A stretch of DNA of 64,000 bases from Alkalispirochaeta sp. (GTDB taxonomy: Bacteria; Spirochaetota; Spirochaetia; DSM-27196; Alkalispirochaetaceae). The notes beneath the pieces are model-generated. The model was given only the letters and a program-made list of their open reading frames with translations. It was not told the DNA's origin and did no database searches. Where the stretch lies: the NCBI GenBank assembly GCA_965601925.1, contig OZ271854.1:1696001-1760000 (forward strand), in the 5' to 3' direction. A program made the translations under genes and the position numbers. Positions 39,151 to 49,045 of this stretch are shown in pieces. The stretch's first letter is position 1. Each line of letters starts with the position of its first letter.

Positions 39151-40512
39151 CTATCGACCTCGCCCGCCGAGGATCGTCATGATCGTCTTCAGAATGATTT
39201 TGACGTCCAACACGAACGAAACATTCTTCACGTAATAGAGGTCGTAGGTGAGCTTTGTCGCCGAATCCTCTTCGCTGGCGCCGTAGCGATACTTCACCTG
39301 AGCCCATCCGGTGAGACCGGGCTTCACGAGGTGGCGCAAATGGTAGTGCGGAATGTTCTTTGACAACGTTGTGACAAACTCGGGGCGTTCCGGGCGCGGT
39401 CCGATGAAGCTCATCTCACCCTTGATCACATTGATGATCTGTGGAATCTCGTCCAAACGCGTGGCGCGAATGAAGCGTCCCACGGGCGTCACGCGCGGGT
39501 CGCGTTCCTGGGCCCATTGGGCCCCGTGTTTTTCCGCGTCGATGTACATGGAGCGAAACTTATACAGAGTGAACGGTTGGTCGTTGCGCCCGATTCGCGT
39601 CTGTGAGAACAGCGCCTTTCCGGGACTGGAAATACGAACGGCCAACGCCGTAAGCAACCCCAGTGGTAGAAAAATCGGTAGCAACGCTATGGCGGTAAGC
39701 AGGGCCACGACCCGCTTGATGATGTGATACCCCTTACTCGGACCCCTGTTGAGGTTCTCCAGAAACCACGTCTCTCTCGTGGCATAAATGGGAATCGACT
39801 CGTCGAAACGTTCCCAGAAGCCCGAGAGTTGGAAAAACTTGAGGCGAAACGGAATCAAGTCGTAGAGGTCGTTGTATACCGCGTAGTACCATCGATCACT
39901 AATGACTACCGTGTGAATGTGTTGTTCCCGTACCAGCTGCTTGAGTTCGGAGACCGAATCGATGATACGGATGGAACTCTCGCACAACCATTGGGGCAGC
40001 TCGGTAGTAGGCTCCCGAACGACGACGGCTACGCGAAATCCCTGCCGGCGTTTCGACTCGATTTTGTGCGCCAGCTCGACCGAGTGTTCGTCGCTCCCGA
40101 TGATCGCGACCGCGCGATGCCATCCGATGGTGTCTACCAGCCGACTGAACGCCAGCCGCCAGAGATAAAACAGGACGACGAATGCCGCAGTGACCAGCGC
40201 CAGATTACGACGCGGTGATATGTCGACGATTGAATCGAATGTGTAGAAGAGCATCGACGAAAGAGCCACGTTCGAAAGCATCGCATACAGAAAGTTTCGG
40301 TGATTGAACGGAGCATTAATGTCATATAATTCTAATATGTAGAATATAATGATCCACGTCGCAAAAATAACCGCAAACGGCCCCATATGCTGGTTGAAAC
40401 GCATGTCGCCGCCCTCGTGACCGTAGCGGAGGTACAAGATGAGCGAGAGGCTCGCAAACATTACGATGTAATCGCCAAGGGCGAGAAACGCTTTGAGAGT
40501 ATTGCGTCTCAT
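39151..40512 (-). CDS. Priming polyprenyl glycosylphosphotransferase (sugar transferase)
   Basis: 4 N-terminal TM, YKFRSM, DPRVTPVGRFIRATRLDEIPQ, GPRPERP, KPGLTGWAQV. Confidence 0.94.
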   Translation of the reverse strand: MRRNTLKAFLALGDYIVMFASLSLILYLRYGHEGGDMRFNQHMGPFAVIFATWIIIFYILELYDINAPFNHRNFLYAMLSNVALSSMLFYTFDSIVDISPRRNLALVTAAFVVLFYLWRLAFSRLVDTIGWHRAVAIIGSDEHSVELAHKIESKRRQGFRVAVVVREPTTELPQWLCESSIRIIDSVSELKQLVREQHIHTVVISDRWYYAVYNDLYDLIPFRLKFFQLSGFWERFDESIPIYATRETWFLENLNRGPSKGYHIIKRVVALLTAIALLPIFLPLGLLTALAVRISSPGKALFSQTRIGRNDQPFTLYKFRSMYIDAEKHGAQWAQERDPRVTPVGRFIRATRLDEIPQIINVIKGEMSFIGPRPERPEFVTTLSKNIPHYHLRHLVKPGLTGWAQVKYRYGASEEDSATKLTYDLYYVKNVSFVLDVKIILKTIMTILGGRGR

Positions 40513-40586
40513 GTACTAAGTTATCCTTTCCGCTAATCTACCCGACTTGATTGGCCCTCGCAACTGCGGATACACTTTTTGCATAC

Positions 40587-41408
40587 ATGAAAAATATCGT
40601 TCGATTCTACACCGTTTTTATCGTATGCATCGTCGGTATCGCGTTTCCCGACGTGGTACGTCCCGTCTCCTCCACGGTATTCGCTCAAACCCTGGACAGC
40701 TTGCTGGCGACACTTCCCGACGAACTGCGCGGCGAGCTCCTGGAGACCGGCCGCGTAAATCGCTACTTTGAGGACCATGACGACGCTCTGCTTGTTCCCG
40801 ACCACGCGTTGAGTCGCGTCGTGACCGATACGTTGTCACGGGAGCGGCCGAACGTCATCTCGGAGCAGATACTGTTACTTCGCACCGATGTGGGTCCCAA
40901 CGAGCGCCTTGATTTATACAACTCACTGCGCCGTGTGTCCACGCTGTCCCACATTCAGTATCACAACGAACGAAAAGACACGTGGCACGAGCTGTTTCAT
41001 CAGTCCTACGCCGTGGACGGTCCAAGTGAACGCCGTCAAATCGAAGATCCGGTCGTCCGGCGTATTCCCGACGACGACCGCGTGTGGGCACTGCAAGTGT
41101 TGCCGCCCTTTGGGACCGTACTGAGCGAATATCGCTACCGCTATGACGGGGAAGCATTTCTCTTCTCGGGCACGAATGAGGATCCGCTGTTCTATCGCAA
41201 CGTTCGTGTGGTCAGGCCCGGTAATATGACGACTTTCATCTTGGTCGTCCCCGGCGACGACTTTCTTCTCGTCTACGGACTCGGCGGTGTGCGCGCTTTC
41301 ATGATGTTCGGCCTCTTCGACGATCGGATCGAAGCGGCCTTCTCGGGTCGGACCGAAGGGCTGTTCCGGTGGTACGACGAGAATCACCTGAGCCGTCTCA
41401 GCCGGTAG
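40587..41408 (+). CDS. Exported spirochaete-type protein (DUF6675-like)
   Basis: Signal peptide ending VFAQ, STLSHIQY, AFSGR..GLFRWY. Confidence 0.6.
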   Translation: MKNIVRFYTVFIVCIVGIAFPDVVRPVSSTVFAQTLDSLLATLPDELRGELLETGRVNRYFEDHDDALLVPDHALSRVVTDTLSRERPNVISEQILLLRTDVGPNERLDLYNSLRRVSTLSHIQYHNERKDTWHELFHQSYAVDGPSERRQIEDPVVRRIPDDDRVWALQVLPPFGTVLSEYRYRYDGEAFLFSGTNEDPLFYRNVRVVRPGNMTTFILVVPGDDFLLVYGLGGVRAFMMFGLFDDRIEAAFSGRTEGLFRWYDENHLSRLSR

Positions 41409-41428
41409 TGCGGCGAACCCCGAACGTC

Positions 41429-41458
41429 TTGACCCCTCTTACCCGAGCTCCGTATGTT
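41429..41458 (+). promoter_or_regulatory. Sigma70 promoter of lysA (leaderless)
   Basis: TTGACC-18-TATGTT-7nt-ATG 41466. Confidence 0.55.
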
Positions 41459-41465
41459 TCCAGAC

Positions 41466-42764
41466 ATGAAGACACTACCCTTCTCGAAGGATTTCATCGA
41501 AGACGTTACACAGGAGCACCCCACTCCATTTCACATATACGATGAGGCGGCCATACGGGAACACGCCGCACGGTTTCGCGACGCGTTCTCGTGGGTGCCG
41601 TCCGGCAACGGCGATCGCTCCGGCGGGTTTAAGAACTTCTACGCCGTAAAGGCGCTGCCCAACCCCCATATCCTGCAGATCCTCCGTGAAGAGGGTATGG
41701 GTTTCGACTGCTCGAGTTACACCGAACTCATACTTGCCGAGCGTCTGGGTATTCGGGGAGAGGAGATCATGTTCACTTCCAACGATACGCCGGCGTACGA
41801 GTATGCGAAGGCGAAGGAGTTGGGCGCGGTCATCAACCTCGACGATCTGAGCCACGTAGACTTCATTGCGCGCGAAGTGGGAATGCCCGAGTTGATTTGC
41901 ATGCGTTACAATCCTGGCCCTCTCAAAGAAGGAAACGTCATCATCGGCAATCCGGAAGAGGCAAAGTACGGGTTTACCCGCGAGCAACTCCTCGAGGGGT
42001 ATCGAACGGCGCGCGACCACGGCGCGCGACGGTTCGGGCTCCACACCATGGTCGCTTCCAACGAACTCAATCCGGACTACTTCGTCGAGACGGCCCAGAT
42101 ACTGTTCGACTTGGTGGTGGAGCTTCATCGAGAGCTCGGTATCAGGATCGAGTTCATCAATCTCGGCGGTGGCATCGGTATCCCGTACCGACCGGAGGAG
42201 CGGGAGGTCGACTACGACCGCGTTTCCGCCGGAATCCGTTCCGCTTATGACGCGACGATCCGGGACGCGGGATTGCACCCGTTGCGAATCGCAATGGAGA
42301 ACGGGCGTGTCGTAACGGGGCCGTACGGATACCTGGTCACGCGTGTGCTGCATAAAAAGGACACGTACAAGCAATATGTCGGGCTCGACGGTCACATGGC
42401 GAACTTGATGCGACCCGGCATGTACGGCGCCTATCACCACATCACCGTTCTCGGGAAGGAAGATACGCCCGCCACCGAGACCTACGACGTTACCGGGTCG
42501 CTATGTGAGAACAACGACAAGTTCGCCATTGACCGTGCGTTGCCGCCGATCGAGATAGGCGATTTTGTCGTCATACACGACACCGGTGCGCACGGTCATT
42601 CGATGGGCTTCAATTACAACGGTAAGCCGCGTTCCGCCGAGCTCTTGTTGCAGGCCGACGGACGGGTTCGCTTGATTCGGCGCGCCGAAACGATCGACGA
42701 TCTTTTACAAACCATTGTTTGGGAGGGAGTAGCGTCTCGGGAGACAGCGGCCGCGCGTCGCTGA
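41466..42764 (+). CDS. lysA: Diaminopimelate decarboxylase
   Basis: YAVKA (PLP lysine), AKYG, NLGGG, ENGR, RPGMYGAYH, GSLCENND, NYNGK. Confidence 0.9.
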   Translation: MKTLPFSKDFIEDVTQEHPTPFHIYDEAAIREHAARFRDAFSWVPSGNGDRSGGFKNFYAVKALPNPHILQILREEGMGFDCSSYTELILAERLGIRGEEIMFTSNDTPAYEYAKAKELGAVINLDDLSHVDFIAREVGMPELICMRYNPGPLKEGNVIIGNPEEAKYGFTREQLLEGYRTARDHGARRFGLHTMVASNELNPDYFVETAQILFDLVVELHRELGIRIEFINLGGGIGIPYRPEEREVDYDRVSAGIRSAYDATIRDAGLHPLRIAMENGRVVTGPYGYLVTRVLHKKDTYKQYVGLDGHMANLMRPGMYGAYHHITVLGKEDTPATETYDVTGSLCENNDKFAIDRALPPIEIGDFVVIHDTGAHGHSMGFNYNGKPRSAELLLQADGRVRLIRRAETIDDLLQTIVWEGVASRETAAARR

Positions 42765-42828
42765 AAAGCGGCCGCTCTATCCGTCGTTTCGTGTCGGAAC
42801 GTATCCGAGGTCACAAAAAAACGGCGTG

Positions 42829-43431
42829 CTAACTCGCATAGGATTGATTCATCATCCCGGTGCGTTGGAGCACGCCGCTGAAGGCATCGCAGACTTTCTG
42901 CTGTACCTCTTCTTGGCACAGACACGCAAGGAGCTCTCTGCGAAAGAGCTCGTTTCGCACCATGGTCGCCAGGGACGACAAGATGCGTAGATAGTCGATC
43001 TGGCGGTCCGGATGGCTCGCCACGACGAAGAGCAGATGGACGGGCAATCCGTCGCACGCCCGAAAGTCAATTCCGTGGCGCGAGACGCCGAGCGCTATCT
43101 CACTGGTAGCAACCTGCCCGGTCCTGCCGTGAGCGATGGCGATACCGTGGCCGAAGCCCGTGGATTGCTCGCGCTCGCGATTCACGACCGCGTCGGAGAA
43201 CGTCTCGACATCCAGGCCGGGGATCATATGAAAAACCGTCGTTTTGTATATCGTTTCGCGGATTGCGTCAAACTTATCGGTACTTTCTAAATCCCAAATG
43301 ACGCTACCGGGCGAAAAAAAGTCGTTTTCAATCACCGGATTCATCCCTGGTTTATAGATACCCATCGTGGCGAAAGCTGTCAATAGATGCTCACGCCTAT
43401 CTAACACTCTCTCTCTAATATATCGGTTCAT
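42829..43431 (-). CDS. PTS EIIA (Ntr/Fru-type) domain protein
   Basis: REREQSTGFGHGIAIAHG (phospho-His), DGLPVHLLF. Start uncertain. Confidence 0.82.
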   Translation of the reverse strand: MNRYIRERVLDRREHLLTAFATMGIYKPGMNPVIENDFFSPGSVIWDLESTDKFDAIRETIYKTTVFHMIPGLDVETFSDAVVNREREQSTGFGHGIAIAHGRTGQVATSEIALGVSRHGIDFRACDGLPVHLLFVVASHPDRQIDYLRILSSLATMVRNELFRRELLACLCQEEVQQKVCDAFSGVLQRTGMMNQSYAS

Positions 43432-43470
43432 GGGGCGATTTCATGAGAATTTCGGCCAATGGAGGTGAAC

Positions 43471-44598
43471 ATGGTGGCCGGCAAGGAAGAACTGTTCCAC
43501 GAGCCGACGCGGCTCGTGCTCACCGAAAACGGAACGACGTATTTCCTCTCGAAGAAGCGAAAGCTCCAACGATTTCGACTCCTGGACCAACGCGAGGAGT
43601 ACGGACTCCAGATATCGGATTACGCCCCCAAGAGTCTGCAGAAACTTGTCGCGTCGGGAATGGTCCGTAAGCTCCAATTTCCCGTCGTCGATGCCGTGGC
43701 GAATCGTCAAACGGTCATCGACTACGTAAAGTTACTCGTGTACGGGATGTTATATCGTCACGCCGAACTCTTGGTTCACGGCCGTACGGCGGCATCCGTT
43801 CTCGTCCGAGAGTGGAATCGGCACAATCCGCGCCTTGCGGTCACCGACGACGGTATCGGAATCCCTCAGGCGCAGATGCATCGCATTCTCGCGTCCCGTC
43901 AAAGCGATCTCGAGCGGTTGAAGACCCTGATGGTGACCAGCATCCGTGCGGGGTTTCGTGTTAAGGCCGGGGCCGACGGAGGAGGCGTGGTCGGCAATGA
44001 GCACGACTGGGATAAGATCCTCACCACGGCACAACGCCTCGTAGACAGTCTCGACGCTCATTTCTGGTTCCTGCTGATCGTCCATGACGGACAAACGGCG
44101 GCGCGCGAGTTGTTTCGGACGATCAGCAACGATCTCGTGACACTTTTGGCGCAAAGCAGCGTCGCCGACTATCTCTCGCTCATGCTCATGGAGCTGATGG
44201 TCCACATGCAACACGGACAGGGAGACGACGCCTCGATGGACTTCGGCTCCCTCGGCGTCGATCCCACGGAGCTATATCTCCTGACGCAGCTTTCGGAAAT
44301 ACCTGCTCGGGGAAGCGGAGCACACCCGGTCCGTAGTAGACTCCATTTTCTCCTTTCGACCGGAACGAGTCGATTCGATGCACTCAAGGCGGACCTCGAC
44401 GAGCTTGCCGGAGACAGCAGTCGGAGGAAACGCTCGATTCAGCACTTTTACCGTGCCGCGGGCTCCGGCGAAACGAACTTAAGTCTCTACTATATGAGCT
44501 TCTTGGAGGAGGCGTGCACCCGTCTCGGTCTCTCCTTCGACGGATTCGTCCGCGGAGAGAGCCAGAACGGACTTGTAAACGTCGTGCTGACCGTGTAG
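43471..44598 (+). CDS. Hypothetical protein (probably spirochaete-conserved)
   Basis: Long ORF; strong SD GGAGGTG before ATG 43471; LVLTENG.TYF...KL.RF.L N-terminus. Confidence 0.65.
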   Translation: MVAGKEELFHEPTRLVLTENGTTYFLSKKRKLQRFRLLDQREEYGLQISDYAPKSLQKLVASGMVRKLQFPVVDAVANRQTVIDYVKLLVYGMLYRHAELLVHGRTAASVLVREWNRHNPRLAVTDDGIGIPQAQMHRILASRQSDLERLKTLMVTSIRAGFRVKAGADGGGVVGNEHDWDKILTTAQRLVDSLDAHFWFLLIVHDGQTAARELFRTISNDLVTLLAQSSVADYLSLMLMELMVHMQHGQGDDASMDFGSLGVDPTELYLLTQLSEIPARGSGAHPVRSRLHFLLSTGTSRFDALKADLDELAGDSSRRKRSIQHFYRAAGSGETNLSLYYMSFLEEACTRLGLSFDGFVRGESQNGLVNVVLTV

Positions 44599-44615
44599 CC
44601 GTCGTTTCAGTGCCG

Positions 44616-45368
44616 TCAGGATGAAGCCGGCGCCGTCGGCAGCCGATTATACCGACAGGCGCATACCGGTCCGGTTCCGCGGTCCGTCGGGCGTGTCCAT
44701 ATCTCGGCGACGAGGGAATCGTCTCCCGAGATCACGCAGAACTCACGGCTCAGAGACGTCTCGGAGATAAACGAGAGTACTCCCGCGGGAGAGCCGTTGA
44801 GTACCGGCGACGCATCGTCCGCGAACCATTGGACATAGCGAGCGTTGTTCACGTGGGCGTTGCGGTCGGTATCGCTTGGACGTACCTTGTGCCACACCGC
44901 GCTTCCGATCGCCGCCTGGCGCTCACCTTCGGGAATCGTCGCCGTCTTTCCCAACGGAATGTCCAGGGCCGTCTCGTCCTCCAGGAACTCGACGGGCAGA
45001 TGTCCCTCCGGACGCACCGGCCGTCTGCGTTCCGCGTCGATGATCAACCACGCGCTGGAAGCGTTCAACAGCGGCTCGCCGCGTTCAGACTCCACACGAA
45101 ACTCGCGCATCGCGAACAGGCGGTGGAGACGGCTCGGCCACGTCGTGATCGTAACCGCTTCGTCCCACCGCGGCTTGCGGATCGTTTGTATGCCGAGACG
45201 TTGGAGCACCCAAAAGACGGCGCTGTCCTCCTCCGTAAAGGAAAGCCCCATACGTTTTGCGTGTTGCCACGCCGCTTCCTGGAAAAGGCGTGCGGCACCG
45301 TCGGTGGCGAGATGGTCGTCCGCCCCGCACAGATAACTCGGGATAGTGATCGTCTGAACGTGTTTCAT
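44616..45368 (-). CDS. Acyl-ACP thioesterase (double hot-dog fold)
   Basis: FQEAAWQHA, WVL, P.W.E.V.I.TW, SDTDRNAHVNNARYVQW. Start MKHVQ at 45368. Confidence 0.85.
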   Translation of the reverse strand: MKHVQTITIPSYLCGADDHLATDGAARLFQEAAWQHAKRMGLSFTEEDSAVFWVLQRLGIQTIRKPRWDEAVTITTWPSRLHRLFAMREFRVESERGEPLLNASSAWLIIDAERRRPVRPEGHLPVEFLEDETALDIPLGKTATIPEGERQAAIGSAVWHKVRPSDTDRNAHVNNARYVQWFADDASPVLNGSPAGVLSFISETSLSREFCVISGDDSLVAEIWTRPTDRGTGPVCACRYNRLPTAPASS

Positions 45369-45393
45369 CGTCGGTGTCGGTCCTCTCCCGTCT

Positions 45394-48300
45394 TTACGAG
45401 TCCGATTTGCCCGTCCCTTTGCGTCGCCGGCGAGGTGCGGCCTTTTTACCCGCTTCCTTCGTAGGTGTTTCGGCCGCTCGGGATTCGAGGGCCGCCACGA
45501 GGCGATCGACGCGAAACTCGCTCCCTTTCTCCGCCTCGTGCCATATGTCGTAGACTTGCGCCATCGTCTCGGTCGCATCCGTGATGCGCTTCCAGTCAAT
45601 AGACGCTCCCAAACTCGTCGCGACCGCCAGCTCGTGCCACGCTCCGACGACCATGAGCCAGTCGACGAAGAGTTCGAACACCTCTTGATTGAACCACGTG
45701 ATGCCGTTATGAACGTGAATCTGCAGAAAGTCCTCGACGTTCGAGTCCGCCAGAAGGAGCTCCATCGCCGTACGTGCCGCCTCTCGCGGCGGGGTCTCGG
45801 ACGTGTAATGCCACCAGTTGTGGTGTGCCAGCGTTACGCGCAACAGGGGTTCCCAGTAGTGGGGAAGGGCGCGATCCGGTTGCAGTTGCGTGAGCACGCG
45901 ATGCAGGATCGTCACGAGTTCCCACTCCGCGGCCTGGTCGACGGCTCGAAACCCGACGGCGTGGGGGGACACTCGCTCCTCGCCGTTGACGAACAAATCC
46001 AGGGGCAAGAGCATAAGGAGCGCCAAAAAGACCGACGCGTCCTCCCGCTCGGCGGCGATATGGTCGGCGATAAGCCGACCCACGGTGTTGTCGCGCCCGT
46101 GGTGCGCCAGCTGCGGCAGCCGCATCAGCGCCTCGCCGCTCTGCCGAAAGAACGTAACCGCCTCGTCGATGCGCGTCGTGTGGTCACAGAACTGCGACGC
46201 GATACCGAGAAATCCGCGATACTCCTCGGATATCTCCTTCCAGTTGACCGGTACGCGCTCGTCTCTGAGGGCTTCGCACAACGTTCGCAATACGCCCGTG
46301 TTGGCGAGTACTCCGAACGCATCGTGCAACGGTTGCAGAAGGAGAAGTTTGAGGCTGTGGTTTATGTCGGCCGTGCCGGCACCGCCCAGGTGGTCTGCGA
46401 GCCGTGCATAGTGAGAAAATTGGTTGTCTTCCACCTCGTAGATGTTGAGGAACACCTGACTCTCGTACCCCTCGAGATGTATGTATAGTCCCCGTTCATG
46501 GATTTCGCCGCTGTTACGGATGAACCATAGACCGCACCGTTGTTCCTGGAGTACGGCGAAGCGGTGCCACGAATCGGTCAACCCGAGGGCCGGCCCGAGC
46601 TGTTCGGTCTTAAGGTGTCGCTTCGTTTGTGCATGATCGTCGTCGGCCGCGACGGGGGTGGACGTGTGGATCCAACCTGCGGCGCGTTCCCAGTTGTTGT
46701 TGTAGAGAACCAACGAGTGCTCTTTGTAATGACGGTTGGAGTAGGCAAATACGTGGGGATGGACGTTCCCGTCGGCATCGTACACGTCGAACAACCGAAA
46801 GTGGGCCGCGTCGGCAAAGAGATGCCGCCTGTGCATGAGCGGGAAGATCTCCCGTTCGTGGCGCGCGACCAGGTCCGTGTCCGGCGTCTCATCCCAATAC
46901 GCCCTTCGGTACTCCATGCCGTACTTCTCCGCGAACCCCTCGATCTGACCGTGGCCGAACATCGGAAGGCCGGGCATCGTAACCATGAGCGTCGCGACAC
47001 CGAAGTACTTGTCTCCGGTTCCGAACTGCGCAATCGAGGTCTCCTCGTCGGGATTGCTCATGAAGTTGACGAACCGTTTGAGTACCTCGGGATCGTATTC
47101 GAGGGTGTTCCGTATCGTCTGACGATACTTATCGTTCTCCTCGTTTTTGAGCATGTTCATGAACGCGCTGTTGTACACGCGATGCATGCCGAGGTTGCGT
47201 ACGAAGAAGCTCTCCATCATCCAAAACGCTTCGGCCAAAAGGAGCGTATCCGGTACCTCGCTCGCCACCCGATCGACGACCTCGCGCCAAAACTCGATGG
47301 GGATCGCCTCGTCGAAAGCGCTCGCCGGCAACCCGTGCTCGCTGCGCGACGGGATGTCGCCGCCGTGACCGGGAGCGGGATACCAGAGGCGTTGGATGTG
47401 CTTCTTCGCGAGCGTCATCGCGGCATCGAAACGGATGATCGGAAAGTTACGCGCCACGTGGAGGATCGTCTGGATTACCGCCTCCCGCGCCTCGGCGTTG
47501 AGATAGTCCAGTTGCGCCGTGTCGTTCCACGGCATACTCGTACCGTCGTTCCCGTGATATATGTAGCGCGTCTCGCCGGTCTTGAGGTCGACCCGTTTGA
47601 ATACCACGGCCGCATCGGTCCTGTCGTAGTAGTGATCTTCCAGATAGATACCGACTCCCGGGTTACTCGAGAGATTTTCCCCGTTGAAGCTGTATCCCGG
47701 AAAGGGCGAGTCGGGCACCCCGATGAACCAGTCGGGACGCTCATGCACCAAGCGGCTGTCGATTCCGGTGTGATTGGGTACCATGTCGCTCGCGATGCGT
47801 ATTCCGCGTTGCCACAAGCGACGACGCAGCGTATCGAGGGCGCCCCATCCGCCCAACTCATCGGCGATCTCGTAGTCGTGGAGCGCATAGGCGCTCGCCT
47901 CGGCGTCCGGATTGCCGCACAGATGTTTTATCCGCTTGGACGCCGAAGAGCGCTGCCAGACTCCGATGAGCCATAGGCCGGTAAAACCGCGACCGGCGAG
48001 CCGGTCCAGCTCTTCGTCCGGGACGGCGTCCAACGTACGAATCTCTCGTCCGTATTGCTTGGACAACTGGTCGAGCCATACCAACGTGCTCTTGGCGATA
48101 ATCACCGCTCTGGGCATCCACTCTCGATCGGGACTGAAGCGTGCGTAGTCGGCGTCCCCGTCATCGTATACCGGAACGTGGCTCTCTCCGGGGCCGAAGA
48201 ATCTGGCGCGATGCTCCTCCGATAGTACGTCCAACGAACGCAGAAGGCGTTCCAGAAACGCTCCGATGAGAGACCCCCACCGGCTTCGAATGTATTCGAG

Positions 48301-49017
48301 TTGCGCCTGCAGGTCGTCGGGGTGTGCGAGAGCCGGCGATCGTAACATGTCCAGCAGTGTCTGGTCCTCCGGGCCGAAGGCTGGATGATCGTGAAAGAAG
48401 TCATCGACGATTTGCATCGCCCGCTCGTAGCCGGTATCCACGGCGATGATCTTTTCGTCGAAGAGCTCGATGAGCGGTGAGTAGGCGGGGTTGCGGTTTC
48501 CGATCCACATGACGATGAGCTCTTCCAACGCAATGTGTCGACCCGTTATCCCGTCGACGCTTCGCTCCAAGCTCTCCTCCGGCGATTCCTCGTTACGGTA
48601 ACACTCGGTTGTCGGAAAGCGGCTGGAAAAAGTGAGGAGAAGACGATTCAGCCGGTCCTCGCCCAACTCGCGACTCAGCCTCGTCTCCAGTTGGTTCACG
48701 ATCGCACGGCCGTACTGCTCCAGATAGAGATTGATCACGTAGTGGAAAATCTCGTCGATGAGACCCATGGCATACACGTCGCCGGCGCGTACCGTGCGTT
48801 CGGGATGGAGTGCTGAGCGCCGGACGGCGTTCATCCGCATTGCAAAGTCGCGAGCGGCGCGAATGTCGGCAAACAGGAGGTGTCCGTGGATAGAGAAGCC
48901 GCCCTCGCCGAAGCCGTACACGTCGCGCGCGCTTTTGGCGACGTGAAACTCGCGAGGAGGACCCGGTACCCGTCTAACGACACGCACCGCCGCGGGAAAT
49001 GGGTGGAATCTCTTCAT
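45394..49017 (-). CDS. Large GH13 alpha-amylase-family protein
   Basis: SDMVPNH, PWNDTAQL, IRFDAAM, LLAEAFW, NFMSNPDE. Confidence 0.88.
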   Translation of the reverse strand: MKRFHPFPAAVRVVRRVPGPPREFHVAKSARDVYGFGEGGFSIHGHLLFADIRAARDFAMRMNAVRRSALHPERTVRAGDVYAMGLIDEIFHYVINLYLEQYGRAIVNQLETRLSRELGEDRLNRLLLTFSSRFPTTECYRNEESPEESLERSVDGITGRHIALEELIVMWIGNRNPAYSPLIELFDEKIIAVDTGYERAMQIVDDFFHDHPAFGPEDQTLLDMLRSPALAHPDDLQAQLEYIRSRWGSLIGAFLERLLRSLDVLSEEHRARFFGPGESHVPVYDDGDADYARFSPDREWMPRAVIIAKSTLVWLDQLSKQYGREIRTLDAVPDEELDRLAGRGFTGLWLIGVWQRSSASKRIKHLCGNPDAEASAYALHDYEIADELGGWGALDTLRRRLWQRGIRIASDMVPNHTGIDSRLVHERPDWFIGVPDSPFPGYSFNGENLSSNPGVGIYLEDHYYDRTDAAVVFKRVDLKTGETRYIYHGNDGTSMPWNDTAQLDYLNAEAREAVIQTILHVARNFPIIRFDAAMTLAKKHIQRLWYPAPGHGGDIPSRSEHGLPASAFDEAIPIEFWREVVDRVASEVPDTLLLAEAFWMMESFFVRNLGMHRVYNSAFMNMLKNEENDKYRQTIRNTLEYDPEVLKRFVNFMSNPDEETSIAQFGTGDKYFGVATLMVTMPGLPMFGHGQIEGFAEKYGMEYRRAYWDETPDTDLVARHEREIFPLMHRRHLFADAAHFRLFDVYDADGNVHPHVFAYSNRHYKEHSLVLYNNNWERAAGWIHTSTPVAADDDHAQTKRHLKTEQLGPALGLTDSWHRFAVLQEQRCGLWFIRNSGEIHERGLYIHLEGYESQVFLNIYEVEDNQFSHYARLADHLGGAGTADINHSLKLLLLQPLHDAFGVLANTGVLRTLCEALRDERVPVNWKEISEEYRGFLGIASQFCDHTTRIDEAVTFFRQSGEALMRLPQLAHHGRDNTVGRLIADHIAAEREDASVFLALLMLLPLDLFVNGEERVSPHAVGFRAVDQAAEWELVTILHRVLTQLQPDRALPHYWEPLLRVTLAHHNWWHYTSETPPREAARTAMELLLADSNVEDFLQIHVHNGITWFNQEVFELFVDWLMVVGAWHELAVATSLGASIDWKRITDATETMAQVYDIWHEAEKGSEFRVDRLVAALESRAAETPTKEAGKKAAPRRRRKGTGKSDS

Positions 49018-49045
49018 TGCGTTAGCCTCCTCGTACGGTGCCCTA

